From a bacterium (GTDB taxonomy: Bacteria; UBA8248), in assembly GCA_965200245.1 (NCBI GenBank), contig CBDATS010000004.1, forward strand, positions 704,001 to 768,000: a DNA stretch of 64,000 bases, read 5' to 3'. This document shows positions 21,856 to 31,815 of the stretch, one piece after another. The notes under the pieces were generated by a model that saw only the letters and a list, made by a program, of their open reading frames with translations, made no database searches and was not told the DNA's origin. How positions within the stretch are numbered: the stretch's first letter is position 1; each line of letters starts with the position of its first letter. The position numbers and the translations under genes were made by a program.

Positions 21856-22077
21856 CTGCACGAAAATATCCTGAATATCCTGGATGACCGTCTTTTTTCG
21901 GCACTCACTGAAACATTATAGTTCTTTTATACTGCAAGGGGTTACGGTGAGGAAAAGTTAAAGGTAATGGACTCAATGGGGCCTCTTCTCGAGCCTGTGA
22001 GATTTATAATGAGAGCGTCGACTTTTCTTACAGCACATAATCCCCTGAAACAATAGGAAAATTAAACCTCACAAGCT

Positions 22078-22107
22078 ATGTCCGAATTCTCGATTTTCGT
22101 CAGCATA
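22078..22107 (+). promoter_or_regulatory. Putative ECF promoter for the ubiquitin-like operon
   Basis: ATGTCCG (22078-22084)-N18-GCATA (22103-22107), 40 bp before ATG 22148; same motif and spacing as the divergent copy. Confidence 0.7.
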
Positions 22108-22147
22108 ATAGATTGAACCTCAAGTGGTCGCCCAATATAAGGAGGAC

Positions 22148-22798
22148 ATGAAAGTGAATAAAACTCATGAATACAAAATCCAGATCGATAAAGATATTTT
22201 TTCTGTCGACCACCCAATCCTGACCGGACGTGAACTCCTTGAAATCGCGAAAAAGGAACCGGTCGAACAGTTTGCAATTTATCTCAAGGTCAAAGAAGGA
22301 TCACCTCAACGCATTGAGGCTAATGCAAAAGTGGATTTGCGAAATCCTGGTGTTGAACGGTTTGTGACTCTGCCACTCGACCAGACAGAAGGATTCGGTG
22401 GTCGTCAGGAGTTTACACTGCCGCAAGATGATATCGACTGGCTGTGTAATACAGGCTTAAACTACGAACTCGTTTCCGAGGAGAGCGTACTCCGGGTGGT
22501 GTTGTATGATTTTCTTGTGCCTCCCGGTTATAATCATAACGAAGTCGATGTGAACGTCCGTATCGACCCCGGCTATCCTGATACTCAGATCGACATGGTA
22601 TATGTATATCCGCCATTAGCCCGAGCAGATGGGCGACCGATGCATGCGCTCTCGCAAGATCCGTTCGACGGTAAAATCTGGCAGCGCTGGAGTCGTCATC
22701 GGACTCCAGCGAATCCCTGGCGACCTGGAATCGATAACCTCTCGACCCATTTTGGTCTTATTGAGGAATGGTTCTCTCGAGAACTAAGGAAGGCCTGA
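22148..22798 (+). CDS. Ubiquitin-like (Multi_ubiq) domain fused to E2/UBC family E domain (BubA-BubB-like)
   Basis: AAGGAGG RBS; Ubl LTGRELLEIA...VDLRNPGVERFVT ending LDQTEG; E2 PPGYN...PGYPDTQIDMVYVYPPL...WQRWSRH...WRPGIDNLSTH. Confidence 0.9.
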   Translation: MKVNKTHEYKIQIDKDIFSVDHPILTGRELLEIAKKEPVEQFAIYLKVKEGSPQRIEANAKVDLRNPGVERFVTLPLDQTEGFGGRQEFTLPQDDIDWLCNTGLNYELVSEESVLRVVLYDFLVPPGYNHNEVDVNVRIDPGYPDTQIDMVYVYPPLARADGRPMHALSQDPFDGKIWQRWSRHRTPANPWRPGIDNLSTHFGLIEEWFSRELRKA

Positions 22799-22802
22799 CA
22801 TT

Positions 22803-24200
22803 GTGGCAGGAGTAACGCTTACCCTAACAGCAGACCAACATGCAGAATTGAAACAACACCTCTTTCCCGATGACAGATGTGAAGCAGTAGCAATCGCACT
22901 TTGTGGACGACGGGCTGATCAACAACGGCACCGACTACTCGTTCGCAAAATTATCCCTATACCTTATGATGCCTGTTCACTAAGGCGACCTGATCGTGTG
23001 ACCTGGCCAACCAACTTACTCCCGCCACTTCTTGAAGAAGCTACCCAACTCGGACTAGCGGTCGTAAAGATTCACGGTCATCACAGTTTTTCATATTTTT
23101 CCGAGACAGACGATGAGTCCGACAGCACTCTATTTCCATCGATTTACGCGTGGACCGAAAACGGTCCCCACGCTAGTGTTATTCTTTTTGGCGATGGACG
23201 TATGATCGGACGGGAAGTGGACGAGAACGGCAAATTTCGCCCGCTTTTGTCAATCAACATTGTCGGAGACGATCTTGTTTTTTGGCATTCAAATAATCAG
23301 AGTAGTTTGGTTCCAGAATTTGGACGGCGGGTTGCCCAGACGTTTGGAGCAGATACCTATGATCGGCTACGCAAATTGCGAGTTGCAGTAATCGGCTGCT
23401 CGGGAACTGGAAGCCCTGTCATCGAGCAACTTGCACGAAACTGTGTTGGTACGCTCGTACTAGTCGATCCCAAGCGTATAAAAGAGAAAAACTTAAACCG
23501 CATTCTTAATGCCACAATGATTGATTCACAGGAACAACGTTTCAAGGTAGAGGTTGCAGCACGCGCGGTTTTAGAAATGGGGCTTGGGACGATAGTGGAA
23601 ACACATCCGAAAAGCCTTTTCGACCAAAATGCTGTATTGGCTGTAGCAAACTGTGATGTCGTTTTTGGTTGTATGGACTCTGTCGACGGTCGCCATCTTC
23701 TCAATAAACTTGCTACATTTTACCTTCTTCCGTATTTTGATCTCGGGGTAAAGATCGAGGCCGATGGTTCAGGTGGGGTAGACCAAGTGTGTGGAACAGT
23801 TCACTACTTGCAACCTGGAGGTTCAAGTCTCTTAAGTCGACATGTCTACACTTTAGAACAAGTTCGGTCCGCAGGTCTCCAAAGAACCGATATTGCAGCA
23901 TATAGCTCGCAAGTGGATGAAGGGTATATCCGAGGCGTTCAGGAGGAAAGACCAGCTGTAATTCAACTGAATGCCTTGATTGCCAGTCTAGCTGTCAACG
24001 AATTTCTTGCCCGGCTTCACCCATATCGGCTCGATTCAAATAAAGAATATGCTATACACCGCCTGAGCTTGAGCCATGGCATCTACGAGTACGAGAGTGC
24101 TGTCGAGGCATGTTCTTTGCTTAATCGGCATGTTGGACGCGGGGATGTAAAACCGCTCCTGGAATGGCCTGAACTTAGCTTTGATGGAGCAAAAGTGTGA
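22803..24200 (+). CDS. JAB peptidase-E1 (ThiF) fusion (BubCD-like)
   Basis: JAB EAVAIALCG...KIHGHHSFSYFSETDD; ThiF VIGCSGTGS, NLNRI, FGCMDSVDGR, FDLGV. Confidence 0.9.
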   Translation: MAGVTLTLTADQHAELKQHLFPDDRCEAVAIALCGRRADQQRHRLLVRKIIPIPYDACSLRRPDRVTWPTNLLPPLLEEATQLGLAVVKIHGHHSFSYFSETDDESDSTLFPSIYAWTENGPHASVILFGDGRMIGREVDENGKFRPLLSINIVGDDLVFWHSNNQSSLVPEFGRRVAQTFGADTYDRLRKLRVAVIGCSGTGSPVIEQLARNCVGTLVLVDPKRIKEKNLNRILNATMIDSQEQRFKVEVAARAVLEMGLGTIVETHPKSLFDQNAVLAVANCDVVFGCMDSVDGRHLLNKLATFYLLPYFDLGVKIEADGSGGVDQVCGTVHYLQPGGSSLLSRHVYTLEQVRSAGLQRTDIAAYSSQVDEGYIRGVQEERPAVIQLNALIASLAVNEFLARLHPYRLDSNKEYAIHRLSLSHGIYEYESAVEACSLLNRHVGRGDVKPLLEWPELSFDGAKV

Positions 24201-24571
24201 ATTTGGCGGCGCGTGCTTGGTATTGGTTTATTGACTTAATGCGTCCTCATGACGCCTTCGCAACTGAAGTCGTAGGCAATTTTCCTGAAGTCCTTGAGCC
24301 CAATAAGATATATTTGATTGGCCGCAACTCAGTTCTATGGTTCGCTGCTCTAGTCTGCCCATGCGGTTGTGGAGCATCTATTCAACTGAGTCTCATAAAA
24401 GATGATAACCCGCGATGGCGCGCAAAGCGTCATTTCAACGGCACGGTTACTCTTGAACCATCTATTTGGAGAAAAAAAGGGTGCCGAAGCCACTTCTTCC
24501 TTAGGCACGGTCGGATTATTTGGGGATCAAGAAAACTCAACGCCAAATTACCAAGAAATGTGAGACGCTAG
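24197..24571 (+). CDS. DUF6527 family Cys/His protein
   Basis: CPCGCG...TLEPSIW..KGCRSHFFLRHGRIIW; GTGA overlap with E1 gene. Confidence 0.9.
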   Translation: MNLAARAWYWFIDLMRPHDAFATEVVGNFPEVLEPNKIYLIGRNSVLWFAALVCPCGCGASIQLSLIKDDNPRWRAKRHFNGTVTLEPSIWRKKGCRSHFFLRHGRIIWGSRKLNAKLPRNVRR

Positions 24572-24780
24572 TTTAGTTCTGTACAGTGATGTATTCATTT
24601 TACTTTCATCCCCTCTCGGTTTTACCACCGCGCCGTAGATATCTGCCCTGAACCCTTGGCGACTTGCTTACGAGGAGGCCAGTGTAAGCAGTAGTTCGTG
24701 ACCTCACTCCTGCTCCGGCGAGAGGCTGGGTCGCTGATTGTTGTTAGCCATGCTGGGGACAGTTCGCAGAACAGGGAGCC

Positions 24781-25070
24781 GTGTCGAGCAGGAGATCATG
24801 GCTGAAAGAAAGGGGCGCAACTTCGTCTGTGACTGAAATAATTGACTGCCCTTCATATAAAGCTATTATCGCATTGGGAGAGAAGGCAGTTCCTCTCATT
24901 TTGAAGCAACTGGAAATGGAAGGCGATGACCCGGACCATTGGTTTCATGCCCTGACTGCCATTACAGGTGAAGACCCGCTCACGGACGATATTCGAGGGG
25001 ACATGAAAAGAATGGCTGAAGCGTGGCTCGCTTAGGGAAAGGATAGTGCCTTCTCTGCATGAATCAAATG
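24781..25070 (+). pseudogene. Conserved hypothetical protein (partner of YNCIAWA family), broken
   Basis: PSYKAIIALGEKAVPLIL...HWFHALTAITGEDP...MAEAWLA* with a premature TAG. Confidence 0.6.
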
Positions 25071-25450
25071 AATTTCCGTACCTGAGACCAGAAACAGATA
25101 AAATCACAAGTCCTCAGACACCAGGTTATAATTGCATCGCTTGGGCCGTCGGTTTGCAAGTCGTTGGTGGTGGCCTGTTCCTTATAGTTATTGGCCGCCT
25201 GGTGTACCTAGAGAAGAAAGTATCGGTGCTTCTGTAGCCGCTTTTGAAAAACAAGGATACGAATTGTGTGATGATGCCGGAATGAACCGGTCTTCGAGAA
25301 GATAGCACTGTTCGCAATAGAATCAGAAGATGGACGTTACAACCTACCCACGCTGCCAGACACCTTGAAAATGGATGTTGGACGAGTAAATCAGGGCCCT
25401 GAAGAAGATATTGAACATTACATGCTGGAATCGAGGCTTTCCTTGCTCAT
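25070..25450 (+). pseudogene. YNCIAWA-motif (papain-like, DUF7689-type) protein, frameshifted
   Basis: ITSPQTPGYNCIAWA...WPPGVPREE...GYELCDD...THAARHLENGCWTSK in different frames. Confidence 0.65.
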
Positions 25451-25597
25451 GTCACATTTCTTTTCTGCGGCCCATGGATTGTCAATCCAGTCCTGATCCG
25501 TTAGTCTTGCCATTATCTTCCCCCCCGTTTCGTCGTCCTCGTCGTTTCCTTGCCTTTGATTTCTCACGTCTTAACCGCTCTGCCCTGAGTTTGGGAA

Positions 25598-26281
25598 TTA
25601 TGTACTTGACTTACCAAAGCCAGGATAAATTTTCTCGACTCTATCCCAATAACCAGAGTCTGGAGGATCATGATGTGCACTCCTGGGACCAAGTATGTAT
25701 TCCATGTCTTCATCGTAATCATAACTTTGTGGGTTTTCCTTGGCATAACACATGGCATAGCCCAATAGATCGAGTACCCGTTCCTTTTTCCTGTGAGGCT
25801 CCTTGTTCAATTCCGTCCAAGGCATCCCGGCATATTTGCCGCCTTCATAGTTGGGAAAGACCTTTTTACGAAGAAAATGACAGGAATTTTCCCATTCATC
25901 CAAAGAAACGGAAGCATATTCGAGGGCGAGTTCAATAACGCAGGTATTCTCTGAATAACTGTCTGCTATCGCCTGTAAATTTGCGAAACGTTCGGGATCC
26001 TGAACCAGTTCTATGGCATCTTCAAAAATCATATGAAAAGGGCGTTGCCAATTAGCACAATATTCCTCTACTGCGTCCCTGCACAATTCTGCAATTTTTT
26101 CTTCTCGCTCTTTCGTGGGCAGATGCCTGTATTCCTCTTCCATTCGTTTTATTTGTTGTTCCATGAATGGTGAGAGTATTATAGGACGCAACTGTGCTAT
26201 TCTTTCCCTTCGTTCTTCAGCATCCATGTGCCCATATTTTTCTTTCAGTTCTTTTGTTCGTTGTCTATATGCCTCGTTCAT
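25598..26281 (-). CDS. Hypothetical protein with N-terminal tandem repeat
   Basis: 227-aa ORF; KELKEKYGHMDAEERRERIAQL / KRMEEEYRHLPTKEREEKIAEL. Confidence 0.6.
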   Translation of the reverse strand: MNEAYRQRTKELKEKYGHMDAEERRERIAQLRPIILSPFMEQQIKRMEEEYRHLPTKEREEKIAELCRDAVEEYCANWQRPFHMIFEDAIELVQDPERFANLQAIADSYSENTCVIELALEYASVSLDEWENSCHFLRKKVFPNYEGGKYAGMPWTELNKEPHRKKERVLDLLGYAMCYAKENPQSYDYDEDMEYILGPRSAHHDPPDSGYWDRVEKIYPGFGKSST

Positions 26282-26596
26282 ATCTCTCTCATGCCCCTCA
26301 TGCCTCGTTTTTTCTCAGGTCGCAACCGCATACGAATGCCGGACAGTTCAAACACTCCGTATTATGCCCAAGATGCTTCGATCTATAAGCTTTCCTAGCT
26401 CTGAGCAGATACGAATCTCATCGAAGGGAAAGCGCTTTTCGCGGACAAGGCACTCGGAGAGTAGCGGGTGGTTGAAGTGTAGTAGTCGTTAACTGCCAGG
26501 TTCCTGCAGACAGTTTCGTCCTGACCGTTATCATGCCAGGCCATCCTCGCAGTTACGTGCCACATCGCTCTTCCTCCCGCTTGCCCTTGCCTGTCT

Positions 26597-27413
26597 TTAC
26601 TGCGAGTTTCCTCCGCTCCTGGTGTCGCCCTTCCATGGGTCGCCCGGTAATCGCGCGATCAGCCGGGAGCGGACGCTCTCGGCGGCCTTTTCACCATCCC
26701 AGGAAAATCCAATGGCGAGAAGCGGGCCGATGTCGGCATTAAATTGCGTATCGCGCAACTTCGCTTCGATGTTCTGATCGAGCCGGGCACGCGTCACGTC
26801 GTGGCCGCCTCGCTCCATATACTTCGAAAACGCGGCAACAACCCGATCCGGGTCGAGCGCCGTTTCCTCGAGTGCGACCGCAAGATCGAAAAGATCGCGG
26901 CCTTTACGGCGCTGGTAGAGAGCCCGCAGCCTGGTGGCCGGCAACTCCTCGAGCACATACGTGGTGATCTCGCTGCGGCCCTCGAACCAGCGCGGGGAGA
27001 CAGTGAACGGCAGCCGCGTGTACCCGCGAATTAATTTCCACCTTCAGCCGGAGCGGAAGGGGCGGCACATCCTCGGACTCGAAGCGGTAATTGAACGTCA
27101 CGCGCCCTTCGGTCTATTTGTATTGTGGTTTCCCAAGCCAGGGATCCAGCACTTCCCGAACCGCGTCCATCATCGGCCCGGCTGGCCCGGCCCTGACCTG
27201 TACAAGATCGATGTCCTCCGAATAGCGTGCCGGAGGATGAATGTGTAGTCTGTAGAGTGCCGTACCGCCACGGAAGGCCAGCGCTTCTTTAAGGAGCGGG
27301 TGATGGAAAATCGCAATCAACGCCCGGCTGATGACTGGGTCTTGCTCGACCTGGGAATCCTGCACCCATGGCGCCTGCGCCCGCCACTCGGTGATAAAGT
27401 CGCGCGGGATCAC
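26597..27413 (-). pseudogene. abiEii: AbiEii nucleotidyltransferase toxin, inactivated
   Basis: FRGGTAL, RYSEDIDLV, LKVEINSR, TRLRALYQRRKGRDLFDL; in-frame TAG at 27114 plus frameshift. Confidence 0.9.
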
Positions 27414-28213
27414 AAGTCCGGCTCCACGACGGCGTTGACGGAAAGCTTCCAGTCCGCATCGCGAGGCGCTTCTTCGCTGGATGCACCAGGGACAAGCGGA
27501 ACCGTTCGTCGGGCTTCACTCTCGACATAGGCTTTCAGAGGAGCGATTCGTTCACGTGCATCGACAAGCACGAGCAGGTATCCAAGCCTCTGCGCCCACG
27601 TAATCGGCGCGGTCTTCGCTGCCGCCACCAGTTTTTGGGGATCGATCTGCCCCGCGAGTTCGGAGAGGATGGTCGCCACCTGGTCGAGCCCGCCCACGTG
27701 GTGGTGATAGCCGACGAGATCGACGGCCGTTGCTTCAGGTGTCGAAACCCGGATCGTGCCACGAGGCGTGTTGAAGGTTTGTACGGATATATTCCGAAGG
27801 CGCTTGCGGACGATGAATACCACGCGCACCCGGCCGCAATGGATCGGCCGGCGGACCTCCTCGATCAGCACCTGGAATTCCTGGGGCCGGTGATGGGCCG
27901 CGCCGTGGTATTGCGCGGCTGAAAGCAACCCGGAATAGTAGGGTCGCCCGAGCCGCTGCATCAGCGCCGGGATGAACTGGTCCGCTGGCAGACATTCCAG
28001 AGAGAGGTATTCCGGCGGAACGATTACATGGAAGCCACGGGCGGGCTGGGCGATCATGTTCTGCCGGGACAGCCGGTTCAGGGCGAGTTTGGCGGCGTCC
28101 GCGGACACGCCGAGCACCTCACGAGCTTCACTCGAAGTAAAGTCATAGCGCCCGGCAGCGAGGAGGTCTCTGATATAATCTTTGGCATATAGTCGGCGTG
28201 AACTTATTATCAT
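27410..28213 (-). CDS. abiEi: AbiEi type IV antitoxin
   Basis: YYSGLLSAAQYHGAAHH.PQ.FQV; VSTPEATAVDL; AQRLGYLL; coupled to abiEii. Confidence 0.9.
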   Translation of the reverse strand: MIISSRRLYAKDYIRDLLAAGRYDFTSSEAREVLGVSADAAKLALNRLSRQNMIAQPARGFHVIVPPEYLSLECLPADQFIPALMQRLGRPYYSGLLSAAQYHGAAHHRPQEFQVLIEEVRRPIHCGRVRVVFIVRKRLRNISVQTFNTPRGTIRVSTPEATAVDLVGYHHHVGGLDQVATILSELAGQIDPQKLVAAAKTAPITWAQRLGYLLVLVDARERIAPLKAYVESEARRTVPLVPGASSEEAPRDADWKLSVNAVVEPDL

Positions 28214-28561
28214 GTGCGCAAAGTGTCATTTTTTGATTCTTTATGCAATTAGATTGAACCTTCCTCACGCTGTAACGGTTTTGGATAGGACCAGGATTGG
28301 TGTGCATGTCCTGACAATACGAATATCAACATGACTTCAGGGCTGGGAGAATCGACTCGATGTATCTAAACTCTGGGCACAACCAGTCGGTGCGAGCATA
28401 TTGCAGGATGAGAGTATCGAGTTGAATAGACTAGCCGACAGTTCCCAATGATATGGATAGAGAAGAGGATTACACTTCCGACAATAACACCTCGCCACGT
28501 CTATATGAGCGGACCCTGGTGTCCATCCTGGGGTTTGGAGGGCACTCAGCGGTGAATCTGT

Positions 28562-30844
28562 TTATTCATTCCCGCTTTCTTCTTGAAACGTGTTCACAAG
28601 CTCCACCATCGCCTTATAATGTCCATCGTCTTGTGATTTCATCAGTTCCAAGAGATATTGAAGCACAAAGGGAGCTTCAGAAAGTAGATACGGATCATGC
28701 TCCGGCTCAGCGATGGAATCGTTATGGGAATTTGTGTGCAAGAACCCTAAAATCCGTGTTTTCTTAGCTTCATCGAAGTCCACTTCTTTTAGCTTCTTCC
28801 ATAAATCACCACCCACTTGAGGTCGACGGAATGCGAGAAACCCTTCCAAAAGGCGTGCCAGGTTTGGAAACACATAATTCTCCTCAAGTGCTCTCTCTTG
28901 AGATTCTCGTGCCTCGTGGTAGATACGAACGAAAAGATAGTGATAATCAGATTCGTACCTCTCAAGAAGCGGGTCCAGCCAACATAAAGTCGAAGAACGC
29001 TGACCCTCATCAAATTTCCACTCAAGCATGTAGAACCGAGCAGGGCGTTGGTTAGGATCTCTTTTCCTTTGCCCTGGTAAATGGTGGAACCAATTCCTTA
29101 CCTGTCTAAAGAAGGTGAAATTATGCGTCAGAATGAACAATTGTGCTGCATTTTGTGTGCGTTCTTTGATAAAGCCGAAAGCAAGGTAGAGGGCATTGGC
29201 ATCAAGACTGGAAACAGGATCATCCAGCACCACTACGCCGTTGGTCAAGTCGAAATCCTGATCTTGAAGAGATTTTAGAAAATAGAGTAAGGCGATAGCT
29301 GTGGTTTCCCCTTCGCTCAGGGCCTTTGCCGGAGTGCCGTTTCGTGTGATCTCATAACCCGTATCCTTAACGTCTAATCGCAACTCTCTATGACCGAGGT
29401 ATTTTTGAATATCATCCTTGAGTTCCTCGGCTGGCTTGCGGTGCTGCACAATATCGCGCTCAAGCTGTGCGATTTTCTCTTGAAGATGAACTACCTCGCC
29501 GGATGCTTCGGCGACAGCCGAATCGGACTCCTTGATACCATTTTGCAATTTGCAAAACTCCTCCGATGCAGACGAGACCAAGTGGTTCGCCAAACGGCAC
29601 CTCGCCGTAGCTACTTGGGCATTAAAATTGTCACACCTGGCGTTATGCTTTTCCAAAATGTTGTTCACACTATCAATGATGCCAAGTTCCACTTGTGGCA
29701 TGGACATATCAAGGGTGTAACTTTCAAAGACCCGCTCTTTTTTCCTTTCCAGCGTTTTGACTAGTTCGCCGAGAAAGCTCCTTATTTTACCTAATACTTC
29801 ATTAAACCTACGACGAACAATTTCGTAATACTCAGCAAGATCGTCGTAGAATTGGGCGGGAACCGGAAGTGACAAGTTTGTAGCAGCCTCTGACGCATTT
29901 TGAAGATGTTCGATTTCCGCATCAACACTTTCCAAAAATTGGCCATACTCGGCACTGAAGTGGGCATTGAGACTTAATAGTCGATTTTCCGGAAGCTTTT
30001 GCTCGCAGAAGAGGCACTCGCTGGCGTGACGCGACTGATGTAGGCCAAGGCCTTGACGGACCCAAGATGATAGCTCTTGATCTTCTTTTAGCGATTGGAT
30101 GGCCTCTGAAACGACCGTTTTCTTCAACAAGTTCGACACTATTTCCATCCGGACTGGAAACGAAGGAAACTGATACGAAATCTCATCTAACCTTTCTTTC
30201 TTTGTGGCCTGATGTTGCGCTCTTGCTTTTTCTCTTTCATCTTCACTTAATTGGTGCGAAATTGCCTCTCCCGAATCCCGCATGGTCTGTGCCAATTGGC
30301 GATAATCGGCTTTATCGAAATTGTTGTAAACATTATCCCCTGATGATCTAAGTGTTTGCTTGATACGTCTCGCTTGCTCTATGCAATGCCGATCAAAGAG
30401 ATTTTTGGCGCTTGATTCCTGTTCTCTATTTTGCTGTAGCTTTAAATTTGCTTGCTGAAGTTTAGCATTGAGTCGATCGATTTCTTTTTGTTTTTCAACG
30501 CTTTCTTCGCCGAGTACAAAAATCGGGGGTATTTCGCCACCACCCGTCTGAAAAACACTATCCGCTATGAAGTCACGGTTAAACACGCGGATAGGGAGTG
30601 TCGATTGCTCGAAATTAGAACCATTAACATGATTCCCATTAATCGACAGAACTACATCGCATTCTGATTCGAGAGATTCTTGTTTCTCAACAGCATGGAA
30701 GATTCTGCTGAGAGTTGTTTTTCCTGACCCGTTCCAGCCATAAATCAAGTTATAATGCCCGAAGTTATACATTTCTCCCGGCCAAGTGAAATCGCGCAGG
30801 ACTCCAGGATGTTTTAATTTTATAATTCGCTCTATATTGCTCAC
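28562..30844 (-). CDS. AAA_13/RloC-like ATPase with zinc hook and C-terminal HEPN-like domain
   Basis: GWNGSGKT, CLFCEQ hook, LSEGE, LDDPVSSLD, LTHN, ESDYHYLF, PNLARLLEGFL, LHTNSH. Confidence 0.85.
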   Translation of the reverse strand: MSNIERIIKLKHPGVLRDFTWPGEMYNFGHYNLIYGWNGSGKTTLSRIFHAVEKQESLESECDVVLSINGNHVNGSNFEQSTLPIRVFNRDFIADSVFQTGGGEIPPIFVLGEESVEKQKEIDRLNAKLQQANLKLQQNREQESSAKNLFDRHCIEQARRIKQTLRSSGDNVYNNFDKADYRQLAQTMRDSGEAISHQLSEDEREKARAQHQATKKERLDEISYQFPSFPVRMEIVSNLLKKTVVSEAIQSLKEDQELSSWVRQGLGLHQSRHASECLFCEQKLPENRLLSLNAHFSAEYGQFLESVDAEIEHLQNASEAATNLSLPVPAQFYDDLAEYYEIVRRRFNEVLGKIRSFLGELVKTLERKKERVFESYTLDMSMPQVELGIIDSVNNILEKHNARCDNFNAQVATARCRLANHLVSSASEEFCKLQNGIKESDSAVAEASGEVVHLQEKIAQLERDIVQHRKPAEELKDDIQKYLGHRELRLDVKDTGYEITRNGTPAKALSEGETTAIALLYFLKSLQDQDFDLTNGVVVLDDPVSSLDANALYLAFGFIKERTQNAAQLFILTHNFTFFRQVRNWFHHLPGQRKRDPNQRPARFYMLEWKFDEGQRSSTLCWLDPLLERYESDYHYLFVRIYHEARESQERALEENYVFPNLARLLEGFLAFRRPQVGGDLWKKLKEVDFDEAKKTRILGFLHTNSHNDSIAEPEHDPYLLSEAPFVLQYLLELMKSQDDGHYKAMVELVNTFQEESGNE

Positions 30845-31194
30845 GCGTTTCCTCCCGATAGCTTCTCGGCACTTTGAGTTACGGTTAATCGATTATCCTC
30901 TAGAGCACCATTACATACATCGACAGCAACCCTTATCTTCTACCAAATCTTGTCAATGAAAAAAGTCAAAAGAGGAAGCGATCAGATTTGTTTTCTATAT
31001 TTGTCGTGAATTTGATATTCAAGCCGGTCACCCTGCATTAGCTGATGGAGTGATACACAATGAACTCTTGATACTTACAGGTTTCATCCAGAAAAAAGTC
31101 TTAATTTGAAAAAATGGCGAGCATTCACAATCGGATTGATCGATTTCTGCAAGAAGCGAGATTTGAAAGGGGCCAGAGAATTTGGAAAAGACTT

Positions 31195-31510
31195 TTACGC
31201 CACCAACTCGTTAAAACGCTTTTCAAATAGCTTTGAGTTGTTGAACAGATACGCGACTTTCAACGATCCTTGAGTTACAGATCGCATCAGTATACCGGCG
31301 TCCCAGATACGACCATTATCGATCAGGATAAGTACACGCTGCCAGATGTCCTGAGACAGGCGGTATACAAAGCACCTATGGCGAAGGACTCGGCATCGTT
31401 CCACCTTTCACTGTCAGGTAACTGTCTTGTCAAAGAAACGATACCTGCCAAAGCGCGATCACAATCTCTGACAAAGCCCGACAGCTGGGTGCAATACTCT
31501 CGATTCATTC
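31195..31510 (-). pseudogene. Helical (DUF5677/HEPN-like) protein fragment
   Basis: LYTACLRTSGSV / LILIDNGRIWDAGILMRSV split by a frameshift and truncated. Confidence 0.4.
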
Positions 31511-31815
31511 ACGACGATACCTTCCTGCTTCGCTTTTTCCAGAAGACCAACCAGAACCATGCTTTGCTTCTCAGAAGGAATCTTTCCTGAAATCTGCGCA
31601 GCAATCTGCAGGATTCCTGTTTCCTTTTCCGTCAACAGCCCTTTTTCCTGCGCTCTCTGCAATAAGCTCTGCCATTTTGGTCCGGATATCTCCACCACCT
31701 TTTTCTGAGCCTCGATATTGTTATCAATTTTCTGTGTCTTACGGGCTGATTTCTTTTCTTCAACGATTTCGCTTTTTGCAATCAGCTCTGACTCAAATTC
31801 TGCTGGCAGAATACG
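31500..31815 (-). pseudogene. C-terminal fragment of AIPR family protein
   Basis: ARKTQKIDNNIEAQKKVV...LLTEKETGILQIAAQISGKIPSEKQS resembles AIPR C-termini. Confidence 0.6.
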
